A stretch of 64,000 bases of DNA from a virus: positions 32,001 through 96,000 of IMG/VR virus record IMGVR_UViG_3300008954_000003. One strand, written 5' to 3'. The position numbers and the translations under genes were made by a program. Shown one piece after another: positions 19,175-30,563 of the stretch; position 1 is the stretch's first letter, and every line of letters begins with the position of its first letter. The notes under the pieces were generated by a model that saw only the letters and a list, made by a program, of their open reading frames with translations, was not told where the DNA came from and ran no database searches.

Positions 19175-20964
19175 TGGCAAAAACAAGACCACCGATTTCA
19201 TATACGAGTAGAGATTTCGAATCAATTCGAAATGACCTCATAAATTATGCAAAGATTTATTACCCTGATACATATAAGGATTTTAACGAGGCTTCGTTTG
19301 GTTCTTTGATGATCGATCTCGTCTCTTATGTTGGAGATATTCTTTCTTTTTATGTTGATTATCAAGCCAATGAAAGTTTTCTTGAAACATCGATTGAGAC
19401 AAAAAACGTTTTAAAACTTGCTCGTCAAATGGGGTACAAAGTACCCGGCTCACCATCATCAACAGGTGTGGCGGCCTTTTTTGTTACAGTGCCCGCTACA
19501 TCAAACGGCGGTTCCCCCAACCCTGACTTAATTCCAATTCTTAAAGCCGGAACCCTCGTCAGCTCAGATAGCGGGGCACAATTTATTTTGAACGAAGATG
19601 TCGATTTTGGGCGCTCTGACACCTTAATTAAAGTCGCAAATGTTGATTCAGACGGGACGGTTATTTCGTATGCGATGAAAGCCTATGGAGAAATTGTATC
19701 TGGCGAGGTTAGAGAAACAACATTTGAGGTCGGCAGTGAACAGAAATTTTTGAAGCTAACCCTGCCAGATGACAACGTTACAGAAATTTTGTCTGTTGTT
19801 GATACAGAGGGTCGTGAGTATTATGAGGTGGATTACCTTTCACAAGATACAGTATTCAAAGGGGTTAGAAACCTTCAATCAGATTTTGAAACAACCCCTT
19901 ATATCTTGAAAGAGCTTCAAACACCGAGAAGGTTTGTCGTGATTCATGATTTGGATGAAGAAACGGCAATACAGTTTGGGTCTGGAACGGAGCAAGAGTT
20001 GATTGACAAAGTGTTCCCCGATCCAACGTCAGCAGTCTTAAAGATGCATGGTAAGGATTATTTCATTGGAACTTCGTTTGATCCAAACAAGATAAGTAAA
20101 ACAGAAAAGATGGGCATAGCCCCCGCCAATACAATTTTAACTGTTCGATATCGCGTCAACACAACTGATAATGTTAATGCCCCTGTGGGTTCAATCGACT
20201 CTGTTGTCTCAACCAATGTCGAATTTAGAGAGAGTGTGACAACAAGAGCTTCGGCGCTTGCATCGATTTCAAATTTTGAAGTTGATAACGAAAATCCTAT
20301 TGTTGGTTCTGTTTCATTGCCGTCTGTTGACGAAATCAAAATGAGAGCGATTGACTCCTATGCTTCGCAAAACAGGGCAGTTACGAGACAGGACTACATC
20401 AGCCTTTGTTATAGAATGCCAGCAAGGTTTGGTGCGGTGAAGAGGGTTAATATCGTTCAAGACAAAGATTCCTTTAAAAGAAATTTGAATCTCTATGTCA
20501 TCTCTGAAGATGTCGATGGCAATCTTATTAGGGCGACAACATCTCTGAAGAAGAATTTGAAAACGTGGCTTAATAGATTTAAGATGATCAACGATACTGT
20601 TGATATTTTGGATGCAACGATAGCAAACATTTCAATAACCTTTGAGGTGGTAAGTGAATTTGATGCAGATAAAACAACGGCTTTGAATGAGTGCCTTCAA
20701 GAGTTGAAAGAGCTTTACAAAACGAAATTTAGGATCGGAGAACCTCTTTACCTTGGAGATATATACAAAGCCTTGAATGACGTTGATGACGTTGTTGACA
20801 CGATAAAAGTTGTCATTAATAGAAAGACGGGAACTAATTACAGTAGCGCACAATTTGATGTCTCTGACAACTTGAAGAAGAATGGGCGTGTGCTTATTGT
20901 CCCAGAGGATATGATATTAGAAATCAGAGATTTGGATAACGATATAACAGGAATCATTAAATAA
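19174..20964 (+). CDS. Baseplate wedge protein, T4 gp6/baseplate J-like
   Basis: SRDFESIR, YKDFNEASFG, DLVSYVGDILSFY, NESFLET, IQFGSG, SQNRAVTRQDY. Confidence 0.9.
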   Translation: MAKTRPPISYTSRDFESIRNDLINYAKIYYPDTYKDFNEASFGSLMIDLVSYVGDILSFYVDYQANESFLETSIETKNVLKLARQMGYKVPGSPSSTGVAAFFVTVPATSNGGSPNPDLIPILKAGTLVSSDSGAQFILNEDVDFGRSDTLIKVANVDSDGTVISYAMKAYGEIVSGEVRETTFEVGSEQKFLKLTLPDDNVTEILSVVDTEGREYYEVDYLSQDTVFKGVRNLQSDFETTPYILKELQTPRRFVVIHDLDEETAIQFGSGTEQELIDKVFPDPTSAVLKMHGKDYFIGTSFDPNKISKTEKMGIAPANTILTVRYRVNTTDNVNAPVGSIDSVVSTNVEFRESVTTRASALASISNFEVDNENPIVGSVSLPSVDEIKMRAIDSYASQNRAVTRQDYISLCYRMPARFGAVKRVNIVQDKDSFKRNLNLYVISEDVDGNLIRATTSLKKNLKTWLNRFKMINDTVDILDATIANISITFEVVSEFDADKTTALNECLQELKELYKTKFRIGEPLYLGDIYKALNDVDDVVDTIKVVINRKTGTNYSSAQFDVSDNLKKNGRVLIVPEDMILEIRDLDNDITGIIK

Positions 20965-22436
20965 TGGGTATCAAGAGATTCTACGCCACAAAAGATACAA
21001 CGATAACAAACGCCTATAAATCAGATTTGTCTACGAGGGCGACGGGTTCAAACATGGGCGCTTCTGATATACTAGAAGTATTCAGTGTTTATGCTCAAGC
21101 TTCAACGTCTTCATCAGAATTGGCAAGAGTTCTGATCGACTTTCCTGTTATGACAGAGATCTCCTCTTCAAGGGCGGCTGAGGATATTCCTTTAAGTGGT
21201 AGTGATAATCTTAGGTTCTATTTGAAGATGTTCAACGCAGAGCACAGCAACAGTCTTCCAAGAAAGTTTACATTGAGTATCGCAGCAGTTTCACGTTCGT
21301 GGACAGAAGGTGAAGGTCTTGATATGGATGAATATAAGGACCTTGATGTTTGCAATTGGACATCTGCGAGTCTTGGATCGGGTTCTGGCTGGCGAGATGC
21401 GGGAGGGGATTTCCTTTCATCGTCGGCGTATACAACATCGAGTCATTATTTTGAAGTTGGGAATGAAGATCTTGAGGCTGATGTAACTTCAATTGTTGAA
21501 AGCTGGATTGCTGGTACGATGGCGAACACGGGTGGTTTTGGGGTGTTTTTGTCTTCAAGCCATGAAAGTGCTGCACAATCATACCATACAAAGAAGTTCT
21601 TTGGTCGAAATAGCGAATACTATATGCGCCGCCCAGTTCTTGAGGCTCGATGGAATTCAGCAAAACAAGATGATTTTAAGAATTTCTATTTAAGCAGCTC
21701 TCTTGTTCCCGGAGAAGATAACCTTAACACCCTTTATCTCTACAATTTTGTAAGGGGGCAAAAGAAGAACATTCCCGGCTTGGACAGGACAAACAAAATC
21801 CTCATAAGTGTTTATGTTTCAGATACTGGCAGCGTGGATCCAAGCCCCAATAAAATAACCTTACCCATCGGGGGAGGGGTCGTTAGCAACAACGATGTGA
21901 ATGCTACAGGTGGATGGGTTGAAACAGGAGTGTATTCGGCCTCATTTGCGTATACAGGCTCTGCAAAGACAATCTTTCCTGTGTGGCATACGGGAAGCAC
22001 AGAGTATCATACCGGCTCTTCGATTTCCGTAAAGACCTTTGAAGCCGGTGAAGAGTACAACACAAAAAGATATGCGACAAAGATTGTTAATTTAAAGGCG
22101 AATTATTCTAAAGATGAAAGGGCAAGGTTTCGCTTGTTCATTCGTGAGAAAGATTGGTGCCCAACTATTTATACGGAGGCAAACGCAAGCGCCTCTAATA
22201 GTGTGATTGAAAAGGTATATTATAAACTGTCTCGTGCGGCTGATGATTTTACCATTTTCAATTATGGAACGGGGAGCACCCAACACACATTATTATCATA
22301 TGATAAGAATGGAAGTTATTTCGATTTGGACATGTCAATGCTAGAACCAGGATTCCAATACAAGCTTAAATTCCTCTATGATATATATGGTGACTTGGTT
22401 GAACCAAAGGAAGAATTCAAATTTAGGGTTGAATAA
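20964..22436 (+). CDS. Virion structural protein (baseplate/tail-associated, beta-rich)
   Basis: Follows gp6; KDTTI start, SWTEGEG, KKFFGR..PVLEARW; rich in S/T-G/A/S-S. Confidence 0.65.
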   Translation: MGIKRFYATKDTTITNAYKSDLSTRATGSNMGASDILEVFSVYAQASTSSSELARVLIDFPVMTEISSSRAAEDIPLSGSDNLRFYLKMFNAEHSNSLPRKFTLSIAAVSRSWTEGEGLDMDEYKDLDVCNWTSASLGSGSGWRDAGGDFLSSSAYTTSSHYFEVGNEDLEADVTSIVESWIAGTMANTGGFGVFLSSSHESAAQSYHTKKFFGRNSEYYMRRPVLEARWNSAKQDDFKNFYLSSSLVPGEDNLNTLYLYNFVRGQKKNIPGLDRTNKILISVYVSDTGSVDPSPNKITLPIGGGVVSNNDVNATGGWVETGVYSASFAYTGSAKTIFPVWHTGSTEYHTGSSISVKTFEAGEEYNTKRYATKIVNLKANYSKDERARFRLFIREKDWCPTIYTEANASASNSVIEKVYYKLSRAADDFTIFNYGTGSTQHTLLSYDKNGSYFDLDMSMLEPGFQYKLKFLYDIYGDLVEPKEEFKFRVE

Positions 22437-25400
22437 TGAGCGCCAAAAAGCTTTTTGAGAAACAAAAAGTCCAACAGCAGAACTATAAAGGTTCTATAAG
22501 AAAAACATTAGGTGAGTTTTCTTCTGATGTTGAGTCTGCTGATTACATAACACAATACAAAAAGAGGACGAAAGGGTATATCCCGAATGTTGACTATACA
22601 ACGGCAAGCAATTTTGCCCGTTACGGTTCAGCAGAGAGGTATTATGAGGATGGTGTTCAACGAATTTATAAACAATATCCATATGATGGCTCAAAGGCAG
22701 AGAAGCTTGAATTTTATAACAACATAACACCTTTTGAGAAACACCTTGTTGACCAAGATTACCCGAGAAGCACAGGTTACGCTATATTTGGTGCTAATCC
22801 GACATATACGAATGATCAGCAGGATGGTTTTGGTTCATCAAGTTCACCAGAATATATAACATTTTATGGTGCAACCGAGGGAAACATCCTTAAGGAGACA
22901 AAGGGTCGCGATAACAATCTGAGAATTGATTTTGCAAGCGGTTCGACTGTCGAGTTTTGGTTGAAGCAAAAGGCTTGGCCCAATTCGTCAACCGAAACAG
23001 CAAAACAATGCATATTTTATCTTATGGATAAAGAGTTGTATCGACAACTTTATATCTATCAAGAGAGTGATGGCACGAATGATCTCATTTCATACACACT
23101 AGCAACGGGGCTTGGAACAACATCGAGTCATTATTTTGAAGTTGGGACACTCCAATTAAATACAAGTCTAACAAGTTCTGCTGATGATACATGGAGGCAC
23201 TATGCAATTGTGCAATCCTCATCGTCACTTGGTTTCAAGGTTCGTCTCTACATTGATGGCGAGTATAAAGATGAAAAGACAACAACATCTTTTGACGACT
23301 TGCCTCCAAGTATCACAGGGTCTTTGAAAGGAACCATCGGTGCGCTTGGCGGAACTGCAATAACAGCATCGGCAGAAGGCTCTGGCAAACTTACAGGTTC
23401 GATTGATGAGTTTAGGTTTTGGAGAAAAGAAAGGACAGGCCGTGAAATCGGAAGAAACTATTTCACACATGTCGGTGGTGGAACAAATACAGACGATGCG
23501 AACACAGACCTTGGCATTTATTTCAAATTCAACGAGGGGTTCACCGGAGTAAACAGCATAGACTCAGCCGTTTTAGATTATTCTGGAAGGCTTTCGAATG
23601 GTTCGTGGCAAGGCTATGTGTCTGGTTCTTCAAGAAGCACAGGTTCTGCTGTAACAGATTCGGGAATTTCAACAGAAGAGCAGGATCTCGTTGTTTATAG
23701 TAAACACCCGAAAGTCGTTGCATACGAGGCAGAAAAGGTTGCTTTAGGAAGACAACATGATGCGACAAACAACTCAAGCTTAGTGAATTCAATGCCGTTG
23801 TGGATTAGAGATGAGGATTCACAAACAGGCTTGCAGTTGACAAAATTTTTGCAGGTGCTTGCGAGTTACTTCGACACACTCCACCTTCAGGCGCAGAACA
23901 TAAACAGAGTTAAAGATATTGAGTACACCAACAATGATGTCAAGGAGTTTTCACATAATAACCGTTTGTTGACAAGTCTTGGTTTTGATGTACCAGAGCT
24001 TTTTGTAGATTCAGATGTTTTAGAGGCACTGCTTGACCAGAACGAAGAAGAGGTCTATTCAGATAGCGTACACAACCTTAAGAATAAGATTTATAAGAAC
24101 ATTTACAACAATTTATCTCACATTTATAAATCAAAGGGAACGGACAAGGCGATAAGGAATCTTATTCGGTGTTATGGTGTCGACGATGAGCTTTTCAATT
24201 TAAATATTTATGCGGACAATGTTGAATATAGGTTTGAGAATGATTTTGTCAACACATCAGGGAAGAAAGATGCGATAGACTTTACAAGATGGTTTGACAA
24301 AGAGAACGTTGGAGCAGTTGTTTATCAATTCAAAGAGTCTGAAAACGATAACAGTGCCGCTTTTGTATCTGGGGCGACAAATAATTTAACTCCGTTCACA
24401 GCAGAGGTCAACGCCTTTTTCCCAAGAGAGTCAAGAAAACAGGGTGAGCTGTTTGAGCCACCAAACACCTTTACAACTAAATCGTTGTTTGGTTGCAGAG
24501 ACGCAAATGAAGATGACCCACAAGACACCGGCTTTGATGGAAGTGGAAATACACAGGTAAGTGTTTATGCGGTTCGTCGTGATAACTTGACAAAATTCAT
24601 ATTAACATCGTCTGTTGGGGTGAACCTTGAGACAGACAATTTTTATGATGTCTATGATGATTCTGTTTGGAATTTATCTTTTAGAGTTAAACCTCTTGAG
24701 TATCCGTTTACAGATGGGATCGTAACAGCCTCATATTATGAGATGAAGTTCAATGGGTATAGATACGAACTTGGGAATTTACAACAGCAATTTTCAGCAT
24801 CGGCGAGTTTTTCAGTGTCCAGGGGAGAATCCTTTGCAACTACAGCAAAGAGGGTTTATATTGGAGCGGAACGTGCAGATGTGACAGGCGCGTTATCATT
24901 CCCCTCAGAATATAGAAACCTTTCAACCAGAGTTTGGCAGGACTATTTGTCAGAAGATGAGTTGAAGGCTCATGCCCGTGATATTTTCAATTTTGGACGA
25001 ACAAATCCTGGGCAAAGTGCTTTTGTTTGGGAGATTGGTCTTACTGCAAGTTCAATTCCAAAGAAAGACACACTCGCTCTTCACTGGGATTTTTCAAAGG
25101 TAACGGCATCGAACACGCAGGGAGAGATTTTTGTTGCAGATGTTTCGTCTGGTTCACTTGCGTTGGCATCGAGATACATTGATTATTCAGATCTTGTAGA
25201 TATCCAACATTATGGGCAAGGAAAGTTTTTCACATCAAGCGGAAATGTCAAAAAGGTGGAGTTTGTTCCAACTTCAAAACAACAAATGCCAGAGAACTTA
25301 AACTCATCTGACATGATTCAAATCCTTGAAAGAGATGACGTTTTCATAAGAGAAGCTCGCCCGATCAAATATTACTTTGCGTTTGAATCAAGTATGTACG

Positions 25401-25921
25401 ATATCATTTCAAGAAACATGCTTGACTTTTTTGCAACGGTTGTTGATTTTAACAACCTTGTTGGTGAGCCAGTCAACAGTTTTGAAACAGAATACAAGGG
25501 CCTTAAGTATTTAAGACAATTATTTTTTGATAAGATTGAAAACGATCCTGATTTAGACAAGTATGTTTCATTGTACAAATGGTTGGATGCGGCACTTGAT
25601 GTGGTTGTGTTGAATCTTGTCCCCGCATCGGCTGATTCGTCGGAAGAGGTCAACACTGTAATTGAAAACCACATTCTTGAGAGAAATAAATATAGGCAAA
25701 AACTATTATATACAGACAGAACAAAAGAAACATCGGCAGGTTTCACAAAAACAAACAAGGTTGGGAAAGCTTCGAACAGACCACAAGAAAAAGAAGGGGC
25801 AATTGTTGACAAACCAAACAAGAGAGTGGCTTCGTTGGATCGCAACAGGGTTTTGTATTACAATAACAAGTTTTATATCGACATAGCATTTGGTCGAGGA
25901 GGCGGCGGAAGTGATAGGTAA
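22436..25921 (+). CDS. Baseplate wedge/tail protein with LamG (concanavalin-A-like) domains
   Basis: STVEFWLK, WRHYA, RLYIDG, GSIDEFRFW (LamG); IYKSKGTDKAIRNLIRCYG (gp7/tail protein I-like KGT motif). Confidence 0.75.
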   Translation: MSAKKLFEKQKVQQQNYKGSIRKTLGEFSSDVESADYITQYKKRTKGYIPNVDYTTASNFARYGSAERYYEDGVQRIYKQYPYDGSKAEKLEFYNNITPFEKHLVDQDYPRSTGYAIFGANPTYTNDQQDGFGSSSSPEYITFYGATEGNILKETKGRDNNLRIDFASGSTVEFWLKQKAWPNSSTETAKQCIFYLMDKELYRQLYIYQESDGTNDLISYTLATGLGTTSSHYFEVGTLQLNTSLTSSADDTWRHYAIVQSSSSLGFKVRLYIDGEYKDEKTTTSFDDLPPSITGSLKGTIGALGGTAITASAEGSGKLTGSIDEFRFWRKERTGREIGRNYFTHVGGGTNTDDANTDLGIYFKFNEGFTGVNSIDSAVLDYSGRLSNGSWQGYVSGSSRSTGSAVTDSGISTEEQDLVVYSKHPKVVAYEAEKVALGRQHDATNNSSLVNSMPLWIRDEDSQTGLQLTKFLQVLASYFDTLHLQAQNINRVKDIEYTNNDVKEFSHNNRLLTSLGFDVPELFVDSDVLEALLDQNEEEVYSDSVHNLKNKIYKNIYNNLSHIYKSKGTDKAIRNLIRCYGVDDELFNLNIYADNVEYRFENDFVNTSGKKDAIDFTRWFDKENVGAVVYQFKESENDNSAAFVSGATNNLTPFTAEVNAFFPRESRKQGELFEPPNTFTTKSLFGCRDANEDDPQDTGFDGSGNTQVSVYAVRRDNLTKFILTSSVGVNLETDNFYDVYDDSVWNLSFRVKPLEYPFTDGIVTASYYEMKFNGYRYELGNLQQQFSASASFSVSRGESFATTAKRVYIGAERADVTGALSFPSEYRNLSTRVWQDYLSEDELKAHARDIFNFGRTNPGQSAFVWEIGLTASSIPKKDTLALHWDFSKVTASNTQGEIFVADVSSGSLALASRYIDYSDLVDIQHYGQGKFFTSSGNVKKVEFVPTSKQQMPENLNSSDMIQILERDDVFIREARPIKYYFAFESSMYDIISRNMLDFFATVVDFNNLVGEPVNSFETEYKGLKYLRQLFFDKIENDPDLDKYVSLYKWLDAALDVVVLNLVPASADSSEEVNTVIENHILERNKYRQKLLYTDRTKETSAGFTKTNKVGKASNRPQEKEGAIVDKPNKRVASLDRNRVLYYNNKFYIDIAFGRGGGGSDR

Positions 25922-28900
25922 AGGAAGACCTTCAAGTGAACATCACCCACAGACAAACGTAGATGACGTTCCGTCTGTGATTGGTGTTGTCCATGAGACA
26001 CCTGAGTACGTTGAGAAGAAATACAATGTAACAGAGGAAGGGAAGCCTTTTGTCTCTGAAGAAGAAAAGAAATATGAAAATCGCCGATATGACGCATCAA
26101 AAGAATCTACCGGAACAAATGTTTGGTGGAACCTGAGAGCAGAAAGAAACGCCAATAGTTTTCCGACAAACAGCTCTGGTGAAGTAAAAAGCAGAATTAA
26201 TATCCATGCGATTTACAACAGAGACTATTCTTTTCTAAACAGAAAACCTTACACACTTTCTCTTAAGAAAAGTCGTTGTTTCGTCGGAGGCCTCAACAAA
26301 AACAAAGGGCACACACCTGACCATTTCAGAGGGTATTTCTCGGTTGACACGGGAGACTATTACAATGTAACTTTGGACTCGGATCAGATTTACACCTCAA
26401 AAGATTATCCTTCAAAAGATGTGGAAAAAACTGTCGTTAGCGTTGTTCCCAACGATGTTCTGAACAATGCAGAGGTTCATGGGTATAACATCTTACCTTT
26501 TGTTTTATATAGCAGTTCCATAAATAAAGGATATCAGACGGCACTCACCCTGTCTCACCCTGTCCAGATGCTAGGGCACCACGACGACGTTTATTATGGT
26601 GATTATTCAAAACCACTTCAAGGCCCGTTCACAAGAACGCATGTTGGTGGGTTCCTTCATAGAAGGCAAAAGCTTTCCGATGGTTCAGACACAGCAGAGA
26701 CAAGACCGGAAATGTTCAGAGTCGACTCTTCAGGCGGAATTGTTTATGTGCGAGAAGGAAGGACGACAGGGGTTGACGAAAGAGATGTTGATCGTCCATT
26801 CTCAAAGTATTCAAGTGAGGAGTTCGTCCGCAGAGCTGTGAATATAAAGAATGTTGAATACCATACAGCATCTGATTTTATTGGAAACTTTGATAAAAAC
26901 TATCAAGTGGTTCAAGCCACCAACAATAATTTGGCATTTATTGACAATAATGGGTTCAATATCCAAGAGGGAGAATCGACGACTGTATCTGGCGTTTTGG
27001 ATTTCGATATGCCAAGAAGACATTTGGCAGAACACAGCAGCTCATTCAACAAGACCGTCATCGTGACAAGGTTCGACGCCCCAGGATCGCCGGAAACTCA
27101 CGGTGGATTCCTTGATGTCGCTTCTGGCCAATATACGGTTTATAGTGCTTTGCCCTATAGAAATTTAACCGTAAGACAACCACTTGTAACTCTTTTATCT
27201 TTGCCGAATCGGTTTGGTGGCCTAAGATCTGGTTCTGCCGCAATTGGCAGAGGCCCAGAGATAACGGCATCTTTCCACAAAATCAACAGCAATCCTGTAC
27301 AGGAACTGCGCCCACTAACCAACACAACCTACTTGTCAGGCTCAAAATATGACAATTATTTTGTCCAATACGCCATTCCGAAGAGCGATATTCGTTATGC
27401 TTGGATCACCGCGTCAGCTTTGATTGAGAAATCACACCCTCTTTTGTATGGTAGAGCACAGTTTGATGGGATGACAACAAGTTCTGATGGTGAAACACCA
27501 GCATTGACCGTTGTTAGCGAAAGTGAATTAAATGCTGATGGATTTTCAACTCCATTTGTCGGAATGACAACCATCATGCAATTGGATCTTTCAAGTTCAA
27601 ATACTGTTCAGTCAAGAAGTGTTGATATTCTTGGAACACTTGAGGAATATGAGAAGTTGAACGCTTACCTTTTGACTCTCAATGGCCCCTATCAGCATCC
27701 AATGTTTAAGCAGATTCGTGGATATGAACACCCAACGACAAGAAACCTAAGAAGAACAAACAGATACCAACACATTGAAGAGTTCCAAAATAAGGCTGGT
27801 TTGACATCTGGAGCCCTTTGCGATGTGACTCATCCACCTGTGAGTAAGAAGTTCCTTCCTATAAATCACACAATCGAGGTTGATAAGGAAAACGTTACGA
27901 TAAAATACACCCACACAAACAACTATGATTTTTTTGGAGACTATTACGACCCTTCAGCCAATAGGATGATAAACATTTCTAGGAAAAAGAACGCGCGAAC
28001 GTCCAACAAAGATGATTCTGTGCTGAACAACATTGCATTATCATACACCGGCTCTGTGAAGTTTGTGACTCTACAGCACAATGAAACAATTTGGCCACGA
28101 GAGTCAAAGGCTTTTATAAAAAATACGAGAGAGCGTGAGCAATTCTTTTTCCCATGGAGAACGACCGAAGGCAACAGGCTTACAAATATTACGAACTCCT
28201 TTGGGATATCACCATTTGAATCGGATGGACCTCTTGGTTTTAGTGTTTGGCCAATGGACGCAACATCTGATGGTAGAAACGGCGAGCTTGTTCAGGGCGA
28301 TAATGACACTTTCTATTCACAACAGGACATAACAGGAACTTTCGAACCAACACCAGATTCCTTGTATATTTCTGCAAGATATGGTCGTTTTTATGGAGAG
28401 GAGTTGCCAAAGAATACCGTTCATAGTGACGCGAACACTGGACCGTTTTTTGATACATATAAGAGTTTTTCGGAAGAGCTGCGTTTGAAAGGGCAAGGCT
28501 ATTCAATTTTACCAGAATACAATATTTCCAATGTCATTGAAGCGTATGCCAAATCTGGTAGTGATGAATTCATTGATGATCTTCACCAACTTGAACTCAC
28601 AGGCACACTTGCGCTTTCTTCAACATCGTCGTTTTTGGAAACATATGCACATAGTGATTATTTGATTGGGGCACAAGATGTAATAAACACTCACAATGCT
28701 AAATTGGCACACGTTGAGATTGAAATCGATGGCCTATTAAAACTGTTACCGTATTATGGGTTTTACCCACAACAGAGAACACTGCAATTGGCGAAGCAGT
28801 TTCAGAACACTTATAGCGCAAAGTCGACTTTGGCTGGTAACGATGCAAACTTTAGAACAATTTTAACACCGTTTTATTCACCAGGAATCTGTTACAATTC

Positions 28901-30563
28901 AATCAAATCAGGTCTTGCTGTTGATTATCCAATATTGGATTCGACGACCTTTGCTGACCACGAGGCTCTTAAAGAAATATCCGCTGACAACCCATACAGA
29001 AAGGATAGTCAAGCGATGCCATTTGAGGCAATAATAGATCCGGTTAAAGAATTCTTTAAGATATCTTCACTTCTTGAGATAGCGGACACAGATTCTGAAA
29101 TTCGGGTTGATTCAACAGGGACGTTTGGCCTTGACAATGATAGCGTATACACTCGTATGGCAGATAACTGGTATCCTTCTGTGGTCGATACTTTTATTGA
29201 GGGTGGGAAGCCAATTAGCTTTGAGTCAAGGCCAGAGAGCGAATGGAAATTTGAAAGTGTAACAGGATCTTTTGGTATCGCAAAATACATTGGGCATGTA
29301 AAAATAAGAAAGACAGAAAACATGACAGTCCATGATGCTGCAAACTATTTTGGGCATCAATCTGATTTTACATCATCGAACGTTCATCACGTTCCACCAT
29401 ATTATGGAATCTTTGGTCCGTATGATACAGCAAATGGGCAGGCTTCAAACACAGCTTATGTTAGGATTCTTTTTGATCCCGCAGGAGTGTTTCAGCAAGA
29501 TCCTGATAGATTTATACAGGGCAAATTTACACTTGATGACATAATCAACCACTCATCTCTGCTTTTCACGAATGATTTGATGGAAACAAATAACGTTTTC
29601 AATTTCATGCCGATAAGTGCGAGTGTCAATTTGTTTGGGCGCTCTGTTGAAAGCGATAAGTGGAATATCCATACTAAGTGGGAATCCCCTGCAATCAATA
29701 TGATAGATTCGAATCCTCTTACTACAGGAAGCGAGCCGACCATGGCTGTAAAGGGTTTGTGGCATCAGTATGGGAAAGTTCCCACAAACAGGACGGAAGG
29801 TTTGTTTTTACAAACGGTAGATAATGAGGCTGGTGTCGGACCCAACCTTATTAGATCAACAGGATCTCTGTTTAAAGCTGTTGGTATAACAGAAGAAGAC
29901 AGAAGAATTGGAGAAGTCGCGAAAACAAAAGAGATTGGGGAAACGGTTGTTGTTATTCCGTATTACTTAGATGACAATAACGAAGAGTCGTTTCTTAAGT
30001 TGGATTTGGTAGAGTTCGAAGAGGCTTACTTAAGTGAGGGTTCTGGCAGCATTGTGAGCAGCTCCCTTGTCGACATGATCAGGCGAACAAGGCAGATCGT
30101 TTTGCCACCAAAATTTGACTTTGTGAAGAGGCGGGACGAATCCAGTGTCCAAATTGATAACCCTGTTGAATATAATCCGGTTTTGTCACCATATGCTATG
30201 TACCTCATAGACTTCAAACACAATCTTTCTCAAGATGATTTGGGTAAGTGGTGGCAGGGGGTCTTGCCGCAGATCGGCTTGGTTTCTGAAGAACAGACCG
30301 TTAAACTTAAACACCCCATAAAGAAGGGTGAAATAATTTCCCCAAAAATGTTGGAAAGTTTTGGAGGGGTTTTGCCGAAGAATTTAAGGTTTAAAGTTTT
30401 CAAGTCCAAAAAATTGGCGGTCAAGAAATACAGTAAGTTTATGAACGATCTTGTCGGGGATAGTGATAAAACAGAGTATAAGTACAATTATAACTGGCCA
30501 TATGATTTCTTCTCGTTGGTGGAAATGGCTCGGATAAAGCTTGGGCTGGGGTTTAAGGAATAA
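25911..30563 (+). CDS. Very large virion structural protein
   Basis: About 1550-aa ORF. GAGGAGG SD at 25896-25902 precedes an in-frame GTG at 25911. C-terminal YNWPYDFFSLVE. Confidence 0.7.
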   Translation: MIGKGRPSSEHHPQTNVDDVPSVIGVVHETPEYVEKKYNVTEEGKPFVSEEEKKYENRRYDASKESTGTNVWWNLRAERNANSFPTNSSGEVKSRINIHAIYNRDYSFLNRKPYTLSLKKSRCFVGGLNKNKGHTPDHFRGYFSVDTGDYYNVTLDSDQIYTSKDYPSKDVEKTVVSVVPNDVLNNAEVHGYNILPFVLYSSSINKGYQTALTLSHPVQMLGHHDDVYYGDYSKPLQGPFTRTHVGGFLHRRQKLSDGSDTAETRPEMFRVDSSGGIVYVREGRTTGVDERDVDRPFSKYSSEEFVRRAVNIKNVEYHTASDFIGNFDKNYQVVQATNNNLAFIDNNGFNIQEGESTTVSGVLDFDMPRRHLAEHSSSFNKTVIVTRFDAPGSPETHGGFLDVASGQYTVYSALPYRNLTVRQPLVTLLSLPNRFGGLRSGSAAIGRGPEITASFHKINSNPVQELRPLTNTTYLSGSKYDNYFVQYAIPKSDIRYAWITASALIEKSHPLLYGRAQFDGMTTSSDGETPALTVVSESELNADGFSTPFVGMTTIMQLDLSSSNTVQSRSVDILGTLEEYEKLNAYLLTLNGPYQHPMFKQIRGYEHPTTRNLRRTNRYQHIEEFQNKAGLTSGALCDVTHPPVSKKFLPINHTIEVDKENVTIKYTHTNNYDFFGDYYDPSANRMINISRKKNARTSNKDDSVLNNIALSYTGSVKFVTLQHNETIWPRESKAFIKNTREREQFFFPWRTTEGNRLTNITNSFGISPFESDGPLGFSVWPMDATSDGRNGELVQGDNDTFYSQQDITGTFEPTPDSLYISARYGRFYGEELPKNTVHSDANTGPFFDTYKSFSEELRLKGQGYSILPEYNISNVIEAYAKSGSDEFIDDLHQLELTGTLALSSTSSFLETYAHSDYLIGAQDVINTHNAKLAHVEIEIDGLLKLLPYYGFYPQQRTLQLAKQFQNTYSAKSTLAGNDANFRTILTPFYSPGICYNSIKSGLAVDYPILDSTTFADHEALKEISADNPYRKDSQAMPFEAIIDPVKEFFKISSLLEIADTDSEIRVDSTGTFGLDNDSVYTRMADNWYPSVVDTFIEGGKPISFESRPESEWKFESVTGSFGIAKYIGHVKIRKTENMTVHDAANYFGHQSDFTSSNVHHVPPYYGIFGPYDTANGQASNTAYVRILFDPAGVFQQDPDRFIQGKFTLDDIINHSSLLFTNDLMETNNVFNFMPISASVNLFGRSVESDKWNIHTKWESPAINMIDSNPLTTGSEPTMAVKGLWHQYGKVPTNRTEGLFLQTVDNEAGVGPNLIRSTGSLFKAVGITEEDRRIGEVAKTKEIGETVVVIPYYLDDNNEESFLKLDLVEFEEAYLSEGSGSIVSSSLVDMIRRTRQIVLPPKFDFVKRRDESSVQIDNPVEYNPVLSPYAMYLIDFKHNLSQDDLGKWWQGVLPQIGLVSEEQTVKLKHPIKKGEIISPKMLESFGGVLPKNLRFKVFKSKKLAVKKYSKFMNDLVGDSDKTEYKYNYNWPYDFFSLVEMARIKLGLGFKE

